Origin: Venenivibrio stagnispumantis
GTDB taxonomy: Bacteria; Aquificota; Aquificia; Aquificales; Hydrogenothermaceae
DNA length: 55,222 nt
NCBI RefSeq assembly: GCF_900182795.1
Contig: NZ_FXTX01000010.1
Location: forward strand, 1-55,222
Direction of reading: 5' to 3'
The notes under the pieces are model-generated. The model searched no databases. It saw nothing but the letters and a program-made list of their open reading frames with translations, and had not been told where the DNA came from. Numbering within the stretch: position 1 is the stretch's first letter; each line of letters opens with the position of its first letter. This document shows, one piece after another, positions 30,236 to 41,410 of the stretch. The position numbers and the translations under genes are program-made.

Positions 30236-31342
30236 TCAATAATTTTTTTCTGAAACCAATTCTTTAAATAATTTAATATATTTGTCCGTTGTGTTTTGTA
30301 TAGAGTAGTAAGATGCTGTTTGGATAGCATTTTCGGAAATTCTTTCATACTCTTCTTGTGGCAGATTTAAAACATACTCCATTTTTTTTCTTAATCCTTC
30401 AAAATATCCAACTTCTACTGCAAATCCATTATATCCATCTTTTAAATATTCACCTATTCCGCCGGCAAGAGTTGATATAACTACTTTTCCGGTAGCCATA
30501 GCCTGTAATACTGCTCCGGCAATTCCTTCAAGATAAGAAGAAAAAACAAAAAAATCAGCCATATTAAGAAGCTGTGGAACATCTTTTCTAAAACCAAGGG
30601 CTATTACTCTATTTTCAACATTAAATTTTTTAGCTATTTCCGGTGCATATTTATCTGTATCAAGTCCTACAAGCATTAAATAGCAATTTTTACAATCAAC
30701 TTTAGCAAATGTTTCTATAAGTTTATCCTGTCCTTTTACCTGAGGATTCCAATTAGCCACATTTATAAATAATACCGAATTTAAAGGAATGCCAAATTCT
30801 AATTTTCTTTCTTTTTTATTTTCAGGTTTAAATCTTGAAAAATCTATTCCACTTTCTATGGTAATTAATTTTTCCGGAAAAAAGTTGTTTTCTTCCAAAA
30901 TATTTCTTATTTCTTTTGATACACAAACTATTTTATCTGAGATTTTATATTTTAAATTTTTTGATAAATATGAAGGAATAGAAGCAGACCTTTTAACTGT
31001 TATAAGTTTTGGTTTTTTCTTCAAGAATAGATAAACTACTCTTACAAAATCAAGGGTATGTGGAGAATTTGCCAAAACTATATCAAAATCCCCTTCTTTT
31101 ATTATTTTCCAAAGTCTGTAATAATTCATTGGATTTAATCTGTTTGGTTTTTTATGGTTTTCAAAAAAATGAAATTTTACATTATAATCTTTCAATCTAT
31201 CTACCATTTCTTGATATTGAAAAGAGATAGCCATATGAATATCTATATCTTCTCTTTTTGATAACTCCCTTGCAAGAAGATAAACCTGCTCTTTTGTTCC
31301 ACCCCAGCCAAATCCATCAACAACGGATAAAACCTTTATCAT
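30236..31342 (-). CDS. glycosyltransferase family 4 (GT-B, group 1)
   Basis: N-terminal 'DGFGWGGTKEQV', C-terminal 'SSYLEGIAGAVLQAMATGKVVIST' E-x7-E region. Confidence 0.85.
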   Translation of the reverse strand: MIKVLSVVDGFGWGGTKEQVYLLARELSKREDIDIHMAISFQYQEMVDRLKDYNVKFHFFENHKKPNRLNPMNYYRLWKIIKEGDFDIVLANSPHTLDFVRVVYLFLKKKPKLITVKRSASIPSYLSKNLKYKISDKIVCVSKEIRNILEENNFFPEKLITIESGIDFSRFKPENKKERKLEFGIPLNSVLFINVANWNPQVKGQDKLIETFAKVDCKNCYLMLVGLDTDKYAPEIAKKFNVENRVIALGFRKDVPQLLNMADFFVFSSYLEGIAGAVLQAMATGKVVISTLAGGIGEYLKDGYNGFAVEVGYFEGLRKKMEYVLNLPQEEYERISENAIQTASYYSIQNTTDKYIKLFKELVSEKNY

Positions 31343-32070
31343 TCGTTTTCCTCACAAAATCTCTCATAATCTTCTTTTGTATCTATTCCGATTGTATCTT
31401 TTGAAGCAAGTAAAACTTTTATTTTATAGCCGTGATATAAAGCTCTAAGTTGTTCAAGTTTTTCAAGCTCTTCTATAAAAGGATTGGATAGTTTGAAAGC
31501 AAAATCAAGAAGAATGTTTTTTTTATATCCATATATACCAATATGTTTTAAAACCGGATTTTGATATTTATTAATCATTTCTTTAAAATCTATATCTCTG
31601 TAAAATGGTATCATTGCCCTTGAAAAGTATAAAGCATTATTGTTTTTGTCTAAAACAACTTTTACAACATTTGGATTTATATAATCATCTTCATTTTTAA
31701 TAGGATATGCAAGGGTTATTATATCTGCTTCTTCTGCTGATAGTTTTTGTATATCTTCCGGTGATATAGATGGCTCATCTCCCTGAACATTTATTATAAA
31801 ATCATAATCTAAATCTTTTGCTACATAAGCTACCCTATCTGTTCCACTTTTTAGCTCTGACGGTGTCATATATATATCTATTGGATAATCTTTTAAGGCT
31901 TCTTTAATTTCTTGGCTATCTGTTGCTACTATAACTTTATCTATATTTTTTACTTTAAGGCAGTTTTCTACCGTCCAAGCAATAATAGGTTTATCTTTTA
32001 CTTTTAATAGTAATTTATCTTTTAATCTGGTGGAGTTTTTGCGGGCAGGTATTATAATACAGCTTTTCAT
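31339..32070 (-). CDS. kdsB: 3-deoxy-manno-octulosonate cytidylyltransferase (CMP-Kdo synthetase)
   Basis: '[14 protein letters not shown]', 'INVQGDEP' motifs. Confidence 0.85.
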   Translation of the reverse strand: MKSCIIIPARKNSTRLKDKLLLKVKDKPIIAWTVENCLKVKNIDKVIVATDSQEIKEALKDYPIDIYMTPSELKSGTDRVAYVAKDLDYDFIINVQGDEPSISPEDIQKLSAEEADIITLAYPIKNEDDYINPNVVKVVLDKNNNALYFSRAMIPFYRDIDFKEMINKYQNPVLKHIGIYGYKKNILLDFAFKLSNPFIEELEKLEQLRALYHGYKIKVLLASKDTIGIDTKEDYERFCEENE

Positions 32071-32867
32071 CTACCTATTATGCCTTCCATAGGTGAAGAT
32101 GCAGATGCATACATCTTCTTAGGTATTCTACCTGCAAGATATGCAAGTCTTCCGGCTATAACTGCATGTTTCATTGCTACTGCCATTTTTATCGGGTCTT
32201 TTGCCTGAGCTATTGCTGTATTCATAAGAACTCCATCTACTCCAAGCTCCATAACTATTGCTGCATCTGATGCTGTTCCTATTCCGGCATCTACAATAAC
32301 TGGTATTTTTACTGCTTCTTTTATAAATAAAATGTTGTAAGGATTTTGTAAACCAAGCCCTGAGCCTATTGGTGCGGCAAGTGGCATAACAGCGGCACAA
32401 CCTATTTCTTCAAACCTTTTAGCCATAACAGGGTCATCTGTAATATAAGGTAAAACTGTAAATCCTTCTTTTACAAGGATTTCTGCTGCTTTTAATGTTT
32501 CTATCATATCCGGATATAATGTTTTTTGGTCTCCTATAACTTCAAGTTTTACAAATCCGTGTCCAAGAGCTTCTCTTGCAAGTTTTGCCGTTAAAACAGC
32601 TTCTTCTGCAGTATAACATCCGGCAGTATTAGGAAGTATCATTATTTTCTTTGTATCTATATAATCAAGTAGATTTTCTTTTGATTTATCTGTTATATTT
32701 ACTCTTCTTACGGCTACTGTAATCATTTCTGCACCGGAAGCTTCGGTAGCCTCTTTTGTTTGTTGAAAATCCTTATACTTTCCAGAACCAACGATTAATC
32801 TTGATTTAAACTCTTTACCACCTATTATGAGCTTGTCATTTTCAAGAAGCTTTTCTAAAATATCCAT
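32067..32867 (-). CDS. thiG: thiazole synthase
   Basis: 'LIVGSGKY', 'EVIGD', '[13 protein letters not shown]', '[12 protein letters not shown]', 'VLMNTAIA'. Confidence 0.92.
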   Translation of the reverse strand: MDILEKLLENDKLIIGGKEFKSRLIVGSGKYKDFQQTKEATEASGAEMITVAVRRVNITDKSKENLLDYIDTKKIMILPNTAGCYTAEEAVLTAKLAREALGHGFVKLEVIGDQKTLYPDMIETLKAAEILVKEGFTVLPYITDDPVMAKRFEEIGCAAVMPLAAPIGSGLGLQNPYNILFIKEAVKIPVIVDAGIGTASDAAIVMELGVDGVLMNTAIAQAKDPIKMAVAMKHAVIAGRLAYLAGRIPKKMYASASSPMEGIIGR

Positions 32868-32889
32868 AAATTTACCTCCAAAATTTAAT

Positions 32890-34275
32890 TTAAATAATAT
32901 ATACAGTTTCTTTTTTTAATACAATATGAGGATTAAGTTTTAACTCCTCTTTTATTTTTTCTTTAAATGCTTCCATAACTTCTTTTTCACCATGAATAAT
33001 ATTTACTGCTTCCAATCCTTTTATATTAGATAACCATTCTAACAATGTAGGTTGGTCTGCATGAGATGAAAAACCATTTATTGTATAAATTTTTGCATTT
33101 ACGGCTATCTCCTCTCCATAAATTTTAACATATTTCGCACCATCAACTATTTGTCTGCCAAGAGTTCCTTTTGCTTGATAACCAACAAATATAACAGAAG
33201 ATTCTTTCCTCCAAAGATTATGTTTAAGATGGTGCTTTACTCTTCCTCCATTACACATACCACTTCCGGCTAATATTATGGCTCCACTTTCTATATCATT
33301 TATTTTTCTTGATTCTTCTACCGACTGGGTAAAATGCAAATAAGGAAAATTAAATAAATCTTCTTTGTTTTGCAATTCTTTTTTAAGATACTTTTTAAAT
33401 GTTAAAAATATCTTTGTTGCTGCTATTGCCAGCGGACTATCTAAAAAAACTTTACAAGGTGGCAACTCTCCTTTTTCATACATCATTTTAAGTAAATATA
33501 AAATTTCCTGAGCCCTTTCCAAAGCAAATGTAGGTATAACTATATTTCCTCCATCTTTAAAACTTTCTATAATAGCATTTTTAAATTCTTCAATACTTTC
33601 TTGGAGTGATTTATGCTTTCTATTTCCATAAGTTGATTCTATAAATACAACATCTGCTTTATCTTGATAAGTTATAGAATTTAGCAATAATTTTTCTTTT
33701 GTCCCTAAATCTCCGGAAAAAACTATTATTTTATCTTTTATTTTTATTTCTACAAAAGCAGAGCCAAGAATATGTGCTGCATCTTTAAATGTTATTCTTA
33801 TATTGTCTGTGATATAGTAAGGCTCTTCGTATTCAAGCAATATTTTAAAAAATTCCATAGCTAAAAAGACATCATCTTCATCATATAATGGTTTTTTAGC
33901 TTCTTCCGGTTTTCCTCTTCTTAATGCTTTTTTATACTGGACTTTATACTCTTCTGCCATTACATTTGCAGCATCTAAAAGCATAATTCTGCTTAAATGG
34001 TAAGTTGGTTTAGTTGTTATTATCTTTCCTTTAAATCCTTGTTTTACAAGTAAAGGAATTCTTCCTATATGGTCTATATGAGAATGGGTTAGAATAAGAT
34101 AATCTACCGAAGCCGGAATAAATCCAAAAGGTTGATAATTTTCATCTTCTTCTAATCCTTGAAACATTCCACAATCTATCAGTATATTGATATTATCAAT
34201 AGTTAAAAGATGAGCTGAGCCGGTAACACCTTCCACGCCACCAAAAGACCTAACTTTTATGCTCATATTTATCAC
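32890..34275 (-). CDS. beta-CASP family MBL-fold ribonuclease (CPSF/TTHA0252-like)
   Basis: '[10 protein letters not shown]', 'THSHIDHIG', C-terminal beta-CASP/RMMBL-like region, 461 aa. Confidence 0.8.
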   Translation of the reverse strand: MINMSIKVRSFGGVEGVTGSAHLLTIDNINILIDCGMFQGLEEDENYQPFGFIPASVDYLILTHSHIDHIGRIPLLVKQGFKGKIITTKPTYHLSRIMLLDAANVMAEEYKVQYKKALRRGKPEEAKKPLYDEDDVFLAMEFFKILLEYEEPYYITDNIRITFKDAAHILGSAFVEIKIKDKIIVFSGDLGTKEKLLLNSITYQDKADVVFIESTYGNRKHKSLQESIEEFKNAIIESFKDGGNIVIPTFALERAQEILYLLKMMYEKGELPPCKVFLDSPLAIAATKIFLTFKKYLKKELQNKEDLFNFPYLHFTQSVEESRKINDIESGAIILAGSGMCNGGRVKHHLKHNLWRKESSVIFVGYQAKGTLGRQIVDGAKYVKIYGEEIAVNAKIYTINGFSSHADQPTLLEWLSNIKGLEAVNIIHGEKEVMEAFKEKIKEELKLNPHIVLKKETVYII

Positions 34276-34372
34276 CTCAAAAATTTATAAAAAAATTATA
34301 ACATTAGCTCAATCTTGAATAAGATGAAATTTTGCAAATATTATATATTTATGATTAAAAATAGGAGCAAAA

Positions 34373-36364
34373 ATGGGAAACAATCTATTTAAAATTGTAT
34401 CTAAATTTAAACCGGCAGGAGACCAGCCAAAAGCCATAAAACAGCTTTATGAAAATCTAAAAAAAGGCATCAATGAGCAGGTATTACTTGGAGGAACTGG
34501 AACAGGAAAAACTTTTACGATATGCAATTTAATAGAAAAATACGGAAGACCTACGCTTATTTTGTCTCACAATAAAACATTAGCTGCCCAGTTATACAGA
34601 GAGATTAAAGAGTTATTTCCGGAAAATGCAGTAGAATATTTTGTATCCTATTATGATTATTACCAGCCTGAAAGTTATCTTCCACATAAAGATTTGTATA
34701 TAGAAAAAGACAGCTCAATAAATGATTATATAGATAAATTACGACATTCTGCTACAAAAAGTTTAATAGAAAGGGAAGATACAATAGTTGTTGCTTCCGT
34801 ATCCTGTATATACGGACTTGGAACACCGGAATTTTATGAAAAATTGAGATTACAGATACATACAGGAATGATAATAGATAGAGACCAATTTTTAAGAAAA
34901 TTAGTTGAACTTCAATATCAAAGAGATGATTTTTCTTTTAAAAGGGGAACATTTAGAGTAAAAGGAGATACAGTAGAAATTTTACCGGCTTATACAGAAG
35001 ATATAATAATAAGAATAGAATTTTTCGGAGATGAAATAGAAAAAATAACAGAGATAGATATTTTCAACAGAGATATAAAAAAAGATTTAAAAAGAACCGT
35101 AATATTTCCTGCAAGCCATTATGTTATACCAAGACCTGATATGCTTGAAGCCATTAAACAGATAAAAGAAGATTTAGAAAAAGAAGTAGAGGAATTTAGA
35201 AAAGCCGGTAGAGAGCTTGAAGCAAACAGATTACTCCAAAGAACAAATTATGATATTGAGATGATGCTTGAAATAGGCACATGTAAAGGTATTGAAAATT
35301 ACTCAAGATATTTTGATGGAAGAAAACCGGGAGAGCCACCATATACATTGATAGATTATTTCCCTGAAGATTTTCTCCTTATTATAGATGAATCCCATGT
35401 AACAATTCCTCAAATAAGAGCAATGTATAACGGAGATAGGGCAAGAAAAGAAAATCTTGTAAATTACGGATGGAGATTAAAATCAGCATATGACAATAGA
35501 CCTCTCAAATTTGAAGAATTTTTACAAAAAATACAAAAAGCAATATATGTATCAGCAACCCCAGCAAAATGGGAAATAGAAAGGTCAAAAGGTGTAATTG
35601 TAGAACAGATAATCAGACCAACCGGATTATTAGACCCTATCATAGAAGTTAAAAAAACAGAAGGACAGATAGATGATTTAATTTCTGAAATCTGGAAAGT
35701 AAAAGAAAGAAATGAAAGAGCAATAGTAATAACATTAACAAAAAAAATGGCAGAACATCTATCAGAATATCTACAAGAAAGAGATATAAAAGCAGTTTAT
35801 CTTCATTCTGAAATAGACACCATAGAAAGAACAAAAATAATAAAAGAGTTAAGAGAAGGAAAATATGATGTAATTGTAGGAGTTAATTTATTAAGAGAAG
35901 GTATAGATATGCCGGAAGTTTCACTTGTAGCAGTATTAGATGCAGATAAACAAGGATTTTTAAGGTCAACCACTGCATTAATCCAGATAATAGGAAGAGC
36001 AGCAAGAAATGAAAACGGAAAAGCAATACTTTATGCAGATACAATAACACCATCAATGCAAGAAGCAATAGATGAAACAAACAGAAGAAGAAAAATTCAG
36101 GAAGAATATAATAAAAAACACGGCATAACTCCAAAAACAGTATCAAAAGAGATAAAAGAGCTTATCTCCTTAGAAGAGATGAATCTGTATGAGCTTTATC
36201 AGCAGATACCGGAAGATATAAAAACTCCGGAAGATTTAACAAAACAGATAGAAAAACTTGAAAAACAGATGTGGGAACATGCAAAAAATTGGGAATTTGA
36301 AAAAGCGGCAGAATTAAGAGACAAAATAGAAAATCTCAAAAAATTAGCCACTATTTTGATATAA
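34373..36364 (+). CDS. uvrB: excinuclease ABC subunit B
   Basis: Walker A '[10 protein letters not shown]', 'YVSATP', C-terminal UVR domain '[12 protein letters not shown]'. Confidence 0.97.
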   Translation: MGNNLFKIVSKFKPAGDQPKAIKQLYENLKKGINEQVLLGGTGTGKTFTICNLIEKYGRPTLILSHNKTLAAQLYREIKELFPENAVEYFVSYYDYYQPESYLPHKDLYIEKDSSINDYIDKLRHSATKSLIEREDTIVVASVSCIYGLGTPEFYEKLRLQIHTGMIIDRDQFLRKLVELQYQRDDFSFKRGTFRVKGDTVEILPAYTEDIIIRIEFFGDEIEKITEIDIFNRDIKKDLKRTVIFPASHYVIPRPDMLEAIKQIKEDLEKEVEEFRKAGRELEANRLLQRTNYDIEMMLEIGTCKGIENYSRYFDGRKPGEPPYTLIDYFPEDFLLIIDESHVTIPQIRAMYNGDRARKENLVNYGWRLKSAYDNRPLKFEEFLQKIQKAIYVSATPAKWEIERSKGVIVEQIIRPTGLLDPIIEVKKTEGQIDDLISEIWKVKERNERAIVITLTKKMAEHLSEYLQERDIKAVYLHSEIDTIERTKIIKELREGKYDVIVGVNLLREGIDMPEVSLVAVLDADKQGFLRSTTALIQIIGRAARNENGKAILYADTITPSMQEAIDETNRRRKIQEEYNKKHGITPKTVSKEIKELISLEEMNLYELYQQIPEDIKTPEDLTKQIEKLEKQMWEHAKNWEFEKAAELRDKIENLKKLATILI

Positions 36365-37226
36365 AAAATCTGTCTATTCTAAATCCTCTTTTTAAAAAAG
36401 TTAATAGATTTCTTTTATCTAATAAGATTGCCGGATTTTGTTTTATTGCTTTTATAAGCATATTATAACCGGTTTTAAAATCTCCAAATTTAAAAGCTAT
36501 TTCTGAAATATGAAAATAAAAATAATGCCTGTATTCTTCTCGTATTTTATTTTTATATTCATAATAGATTTTTAAAGTCGCCTTATAAAAATTTGGATTA
36601 TTTTTACTTGTTCTGTTTTGATGTTCCCGTATATAAACAGAATTATTATCTATTAAAGCTATCTTTAACCCATTTAGATAAGCTCTTATAAATATTTCCC
36701 AATCTTCTCTCATCAAAAAATCATTTTTATATAAAAGATTAGTTTCTTTTTTTATAGCTGTTGCAGAAGGGTATCCTATATTTCCGGAAAATATAACTTT
36801 TTCAAGAGATGAAATTTTTTTTGTTGAAAATCTAATCATATTACCATTTTCATCTATAAAACTGCGTGGATATGAATATATCACATCATATTTATCAAAA
36901 ATTTTAATTGTTTTTTCAATATAATCTTTTACCCAAATATCATCATAATCTAAATAAAATATATAACTTCCTTTGGCTTCTTTTAAACCTAAATTCCTTG
37001 AATAAACTCTTTCTTTATTTTTTTCATTCTTAAAATATCTAATTTCTCCGGAATTTATTAGCTCATTAAAATTTTCAAAAATAACCTTTTCAGTATTATC
37101 GGTAGAAGCATCATTAACTATAATTATTTCAAAATCTTTAAATGTTTGGTTTAAAACTGAATTTATAGAATTTTTTATATATTTTTCACCGTTATAAACC
37201 GGTATAATAACACTAACTTCCGGCAT
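36351..37226 (-). CDS. glycosyltransferase family 2
   Basis: '[14 protein letters not shown]...VNDASTDNT', 'YLDYDD' DxD. Confidence 0.85.
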   Translation of the reverse strand: MPEVSVIIPVYNGEKYIKNSINSVLNQTFKDFEIIIVNDASTDNTEKVIFENFNELINSGEIRYFKNEKNKERVYSRNLGLKEAKGSYIFYLDYDDIWVKDYIEKTIKIFDKYDVIYSYPRSFIDENGNMIRFSTKKISSLEKVIFSGNIGYPSATAIKKETNLLYKNDFLMREDWEIFIRAYLNGLKIALIDNNSVYIREHQNRTSKNNPNFYKATLKIYYEYKNKIREEYRHYFYFHISEIAFKFGDFKTGYNMLIKAIKQNPAILLDKRNLLTFLKRGFRIDRFFISK

Positions 37227-37998
37227 TTTTATCTTTCTCCTTTTGCTCCAATTCCCATAAAAAAAGATATTTTAAAAATGTAGAAAAAAGATAACTCATA
37301 GAAACAGACAAACCCCTTATACCATCTAAAAATCCAAGTTTCAAAAAATATTGTCTGAAAAATGCCCATAATGGATTAATAATAAGATTATGATATTTAA
37401 ATTTTTTTCCTCTTTTATATAGTTCTTCTGCAGAAATTTTTGCATATTTCAAAGATTTAGTATAATGCTGAAAAATATCTTTATATGTATAATGATACAA
37501 ATATCCATTTAATTTAGATTTTTTGCCATCACAAATAACTTTTTCATGTAAAAATCCTTCATACCTCACTTTTTCTTTATTAAATAATCTTATTCTGTAT
37601 TCCGGTTGCCAGATATGCTCTAAAAATTTATTTACATAAAATGTTTTCCTATTTACAGCAAAACAATCATATTTTGAAAATAAATTTTGCTCAAATACAT
37701 TTATTATGCTTTGTTTTAATTCTACAGAAATTTCCTCATCAGCATCCAAAACTAAAACATATTTATTACTTGTATTATCTATACCAAATTGCACTTGTAA
37801 AGGATAACCTTCCCATTGGTTAAAAATGACTTTTGCACCTAACTTTTCCGCAATCTCAATAGTTTTATCAGTGGAACCGGAATCTATAACTAAAATTTCA
37901 TTAGCTATATCTTTTATACTATTTATAGCCCTACTTATATTTTTTTCCTCATTTAATGTAACAATAACAACAGACAAATCAAGCAATTTATCCACCAT
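37213..37998 (-). CDS. glycosyltransferase family 2 (LPS core type)
   Basis: 'LSVVIVTLNEE', 'IDSGSTDKT', 'VLDADE'. Confidence 0.85.
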   Translation of the reverse strand: MVDKLLDLSVVIVTLNEEKNISRAINSIKDIANEILVIDSGSTDKTIEIAEKLGAKVIFNQWEGYPLQVQFGIDNTSNKYVLVLDADEEISVELKQSIINVFEQNLFSKYDCFAVNRKTFYVNKFLEHIWQPEYRIRLFNKEKVRYEGFLHEKVICDGKKSKLNGYLYHYTYKDIFQHYTKSLKYAKISAEELYKRGKKFKYHNLIINPLWAFFRQYFLKLGFLDGIRGLSVSMSYLFSTFLKYLFLWELEQKEKDKNAGS

Positions 37999-38044
37999 TA
38001 TTTATTTTTAGAAATATTATATATCGGAAGATTTAATTTAAAAA

Positions 38045-38073
38045 GGTGGTGAGGCTAATTTCGGCCTCACCAC
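38045..38073 (-). terminator. rho-independent terminator ~160 nt downstream of the O-methyltransferase/rsmI operon
   Basis: 10-bp GC-rich stem GTGGTGAGGC/GCCTCACCAC with 8-nt loop; on the minus strand followed by TTTTTAAATTAAAT. Confidence 0.5.
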
Positions 38074-38230
38074 AAATATGGAGGAGGAGGTAGGGTAGGT
38101 AGCAGTATGAACCTTTATCAACTTAATTAATATGCAAAATTTATGCCAATAGATAAAATTTTCAATAATAGTGAAAATAGTTCAGATAATATATAAAATC
38201 TGTCCCATTTGGAACAATAGCTGCTGATAA

Positions 38231-38854
38231 TCAATCCTTATAGGCTATTAAAACGCCATCTCTTATAGGTATTAAGACAGAAAGATAATTTTCAAACATA
38301 TACTGATTAAATTGTGCCACTATCTTTGATTTATTATCTTGTGGATTTACCACATTTCCATACCATAAGGTATTATCTGCTATTATTAAAGCATTTTGGT
38401 TTAGATTATTTTCAAGTTGTTTTATAGCTTCTAAGTATCTTGATTTTTCCAAATCTAAAAAAAGAATATCTATATTTTGGTATTTTTTAGCTATTTCTAC
38501 TGCATCACCTACTTCAAATATAGCTTTATCTGTTAGGTTTGTTTTTTCAAATAATTCTTTTGCTTTTTCTATATTTTTTTCTTGATAATCTATAAGCACG
38601 ACTTTTCCATCTTCCATTGCTTTTGCAAACCAGTATGCAGAATATCCAAATCCGGAGCCAAGCTCCACTACAAGCTTTGGCTTTTTTAATTTTGTTATAA
38701 GATGGATTAATAACCCTACTTCTCTATTGATTATTGGAAAATCCGTTTCATCTGCATATCTTTCAAGCTGTGATATTATTTCTTCATCTTCTATTTTTAT
38801 TTTTCTTGATAAATCTTTTATATAATTTTTTATATCCGGATTAATTATAAACAT
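38231..38854 (-). CDS. class I SAM-dependent O-methyltransferase (family 3, caffeoyl-CoA OMT-like)
   Basis: 'LVVELGSGFGYSAYWFA' motif I, 'ILFLD' motif; start at internal Met to avoid overlap. Confidence 0.8.
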   Translation of the reverse strand: MFIINPDIKNYIKDLSRKIKIEDEEIISQLERYADETDFPIINREVGLLIHLITKLKKPKLVVELGSGFGYSAYWFAKAMEDGKVVLIDYQEKNIEKAKELFEKTNLTDKAIFEVGDAVEIAKKYQNIDILFLDLEKSRYLEAIKQLENNLNQNALIIADNTLWYGNVVNPQDNKSKIVAQFNQYMFENYLSVLIPIRDGVLIAYKD

Positions 38855-38858
38855 CTTT

Positions 38859-39677
38859 TTACTCCACAATTTTATTTACCAAATCATAAGCAAAATTCCT
38901 TTTTATACCAAACTTTTCAATAATCTCTTTTACTAAATCCTTTTTTGTTTTATTTTTTAAATTTTTTTTAATATAATTTTCTACTGCTTTTATATCAATA
39001 TTTTCTTCTTTTTCCGGATAAGCTAATATAACAAACTCACCTTTTAATTTTTCTTTATTTTTTTCAAAAAAATCTATAATATCTTTCGGTTTTCCGTAAA
39101 TATATTCTTCATGAATTTTCGTAAGTTCTTTTGCCACTACCATATCGCTATTTGGCATAATTTGATTATATATATATAATGTCTTCATTATTCTTTTTGG
39201 GCTTTCATATACAATAAATGTATAGCCTATTTCTTTATATTTTTTAAGCTCTTCTTTTATTTTTTTTGGATTTAAAAATCCTACGAATAAAAATTTATCA
39301 GAAGGAAGTCCTGATGCTGATAATGCTACTGCCCCGGCAAATGCTCCGGGAATAGCAACTACTTTAATATTATTTTCTCTTGCTTTTTTTACAACTTTAT
39401 ATCCGGGGTCTGAAATACAAGGTGTGCCTGCATCTGATATTAATGCTACATCTTCATTTTGTAATATCTTTATTATTTTTTCTGCTTTTTCTTCTTCAAC
39501 CACATCATAATATGATATTAATTTTTTATTTGTTATACCATAAGCAGATAAGAGTTTTTTTGCAACTCTTGTATCTTCGCATGCTATATAATTTACAGAG
39601 TTTAAAACTTCTACTGCTCTATAACTAATATCTTTAAGATTTCCAATTGGTGTAGCAACGATATATAATGTTGGCAT
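38859..39677 (-). CDS. rsmI: 16S rRNA (cytidine1402-2'-O)-methyltransferase
   Basis: 'LYIVATPIGNLKDIS', 'IACEDTR', 'LISDAGTPCISDPG'. Confidence 0.9.
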   Translation of the reverse strand: MPTLYIVATPIGNLKDISYRAVEVLNSVNYIACEDTRVAKKLLSAYGITNKKLISYYDVVEEEKAEKIIKILQNEDVALISDAGTPCISDPGYKVVKKARENNIKVVAIPGAFAGAVALSASGLPSDKFLFVGFLNPKKIKEELKKYKEIGYTFIVYESPKRIMKTLYIYNQIMPNSDMVVAKELTKIHEEYIYGKPKDIIDFFEKNKEKLKGEFVILAYPEKEENIDIKAVENYIKKNLKNKTKKDLVKEIIEKFGIKRNFAYDLVNKIVE

Positions 39678-40489
39678 TATTTAATTATTTTATCATGTAG
39701 ATTTTTATATCCGGTAAATATACCATTTTTATAAACTGCAACTTTACCATTTGGAAGATATATGTTAGTGTTTATCTTTTTTCCTATCTCTGTATTATTA
39801 ATTTCTGCAAATTTTATATGTTTTTGGGCAAATGGTTCTAAATATGTTTTTGTATAAAGCTGAATATATCTACTTTCATCTAATATAGATAAAGTTATAT
39901 CTTTTAAAGTTATTGGTGTATCGTTCTTTATTATATAAAATCCGGTTAATTTTTTATTGTCCATATCATATATATAAGAAACATCCCAACTTATATCCGA
40001 TACCGGATATTTAATAAATATTGTTGCAGTTTTAGGTTTATCAGAGTTTAATTTTATAGTTAAATAAGGTGATGTTATTTCTTGCCATCTTAATGAAGAT
40101 GATATTCTACTTGGGAATGTAGGAAGGGTTGTTACTACTATACCTGATTTTGTATCTATTGTAATAAAGCCATCTTTTATAGATACTACCGTTCCTCTTA
40201 TTAATCTTCCATCACCTTCTATTGATACAGTTTTTCCTACTAAATTTTCTATGGTTGATTGTTTTGTAATGGATGATATATATCCTAAGATTTTTACATC
40301 ATTACTTTTTATCATTAAAGCATCTGTTTTTGCATTAGGTAATAATGAAACAGGGCCTACAACACTTTCACCTTGAGCTACCAAAAATTCTGTTTGCTGT
40401 ATGTATGTGGAATTGTTATTTTTACCTACAACTAACTCATTGGCAAAAGCAAAACTAACTAAGAATAAAAAAATAAAAATTTTCTTCAT
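39677..40489 (-). CDS. secreted protein of unknown function (possibly DUF4139-like)
   Basis: signal peptide 'MKKIFIFLFLVSFAFA', beta-rich; family assignment from memory only. Confidence 0.45.
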   Translation of the reverse strand: MKKIFIFLFLVSFAFANELVVGKNNNSTYIQQTEFLVAQGESVVGPVSLLPNAKTDALMIKSNDVKILGYISSITKQSTIENLVGKTVSIEGDGRLIRGTVVSIKDGFITIDTKSGIVVTTLPTFPSRISSSLRWQEITSPYLTIKLNSDKPKTATIFIKYPVSDISWDVSYIYDMDNKKLTGFYIIKNDTPITLKDITLSILDESRYIQLYTKTYLEPFAQKHIKFAEINNTEIGKKINTNIYLPNGKVAVYKNGIFTGYKNLHDKIIK

Positions 40490-40560
40490 CTAAAACCTCT
40501 TTGAAATTAATCAGATATTATTATAAAATTATACAATAAATTAAATTTAGAGGTGGATTT

Positions 40561-41025
40561 ATGAGTATAACACAGATTATTTTAAACATTGCCCTTATAG
40601 GTGGCGACCCTGTTTTGTATATTTTACTTTTGATGAGTATTATTACCGTAGCAGTAATTGTTGAAAGATTTATCTCTTATAAAGATATAGAAAAACATTT
40701 ATCAGAATATAAAGATGAGATATCTTTAAGGCTTGATTTGGAAAAGCGGCTTGGTATTTTAGCAACATTTGGTAATAATGCTCCTTTCATAGGTTTATTT
40801 GGAACGGTTTTAGGTATTATAAAAGCTTTTCATGATTTAGGGCATTCTTCTGAGTTTGGCGTCCGTGTTGTTATGGCAGGAATATCTGAAGCTCTTGTAG
40901 CAACTGCTATGGGTCTGTTTGTAGCTATTCCATCTGTTATTGCCTATAACTATTTTGTAAGAAAAAGCAGGAAAATTTTAATGATTTACTCTGCTATGAA
41001 GGAGAAAACAAATGAAAATAAATGA
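40561..41025 (+). CDS. exbB: MotA/TolQ/ExbB proton-channel protein
   Basis: 'APFIGLFGTVLGIIKAF', 'GISEALVATAMGLFVAIP'. Confidence 0.85.
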   Translation: MSITQIILNIALIGGDPVLYILLLMSIITVAVIVERFISYKDIEKHLSEYKDEISLRLDLEKRLGILATFGNNAPFIGLFGTVLGIIKAFHDLGHSSEFGVRVVMAGISEALVATAMGLFVAIPSVIAYNYFVRKSRKILMIYSAMKEKTNENK

Positions 41026-41407
41026 TGAAGAAAAAGAAATTTCCGAAATAAATATGACACCTTTTGTTGATATTATATTAGTTGTGCTTATTATATTTAT
41101 GGCAACTGCTACCTTTATGGTAGAAGGGAAAATTCCTCTTGATTTACCAAAAGCAAAAACCGGAGAAGCAGGAAAAAATATAGAAAGAATAGAAATATCC
41201 ATAAAGAAAGATGGCTCTATATATATTGCAGATAAAAAAGTATCTCCTGAAGAGTTAAAGCAAGAGCTGGAAAAAATAAAAAGCGAAAATAAAGTTGTAG
41301 CATTAAGGTCAGAAAAAGAAACACCATTTCAAAATGTTGTTACAGTAATTGATATTTGTAGGTCTGCAGGAATAGAAAAGTATGTTATTGAAACAAAAAA
41401 AGAGTAA
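41012..41407 (+). CDS. exbD: ExbD/TolR biopolymer transport protein
   Basis: 'INMTPFVDIILVVLIIFM' and periplasmic domain; overlaps exbB. Confidence 0.85.
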   Translation: MKINDEEKEISEINMTPFVDIILVVLIIFMATATFMVEGKIPLDLPKAKTGEAGKNIERIEISIKKDGSIYIADKKVSPEELKQELEKIKSENKVVALRSEKETPFQNVVTVIDICRSAGIEKYVIETKKE

Positions 41408-41410
41408 TAA

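Noticed and set aside
38097-38130. Plus-strand super-SD (GGAGGAGGAGG) followed by ATG and a 7-codon ORF (MNLYQLN) as a leader peptide
   Set aside because: There is no plus-strand gene within 2.4 kb downstream for it to regulate. The minus-strand 3'UTR/terminator interpretation fits the flanking genes better.
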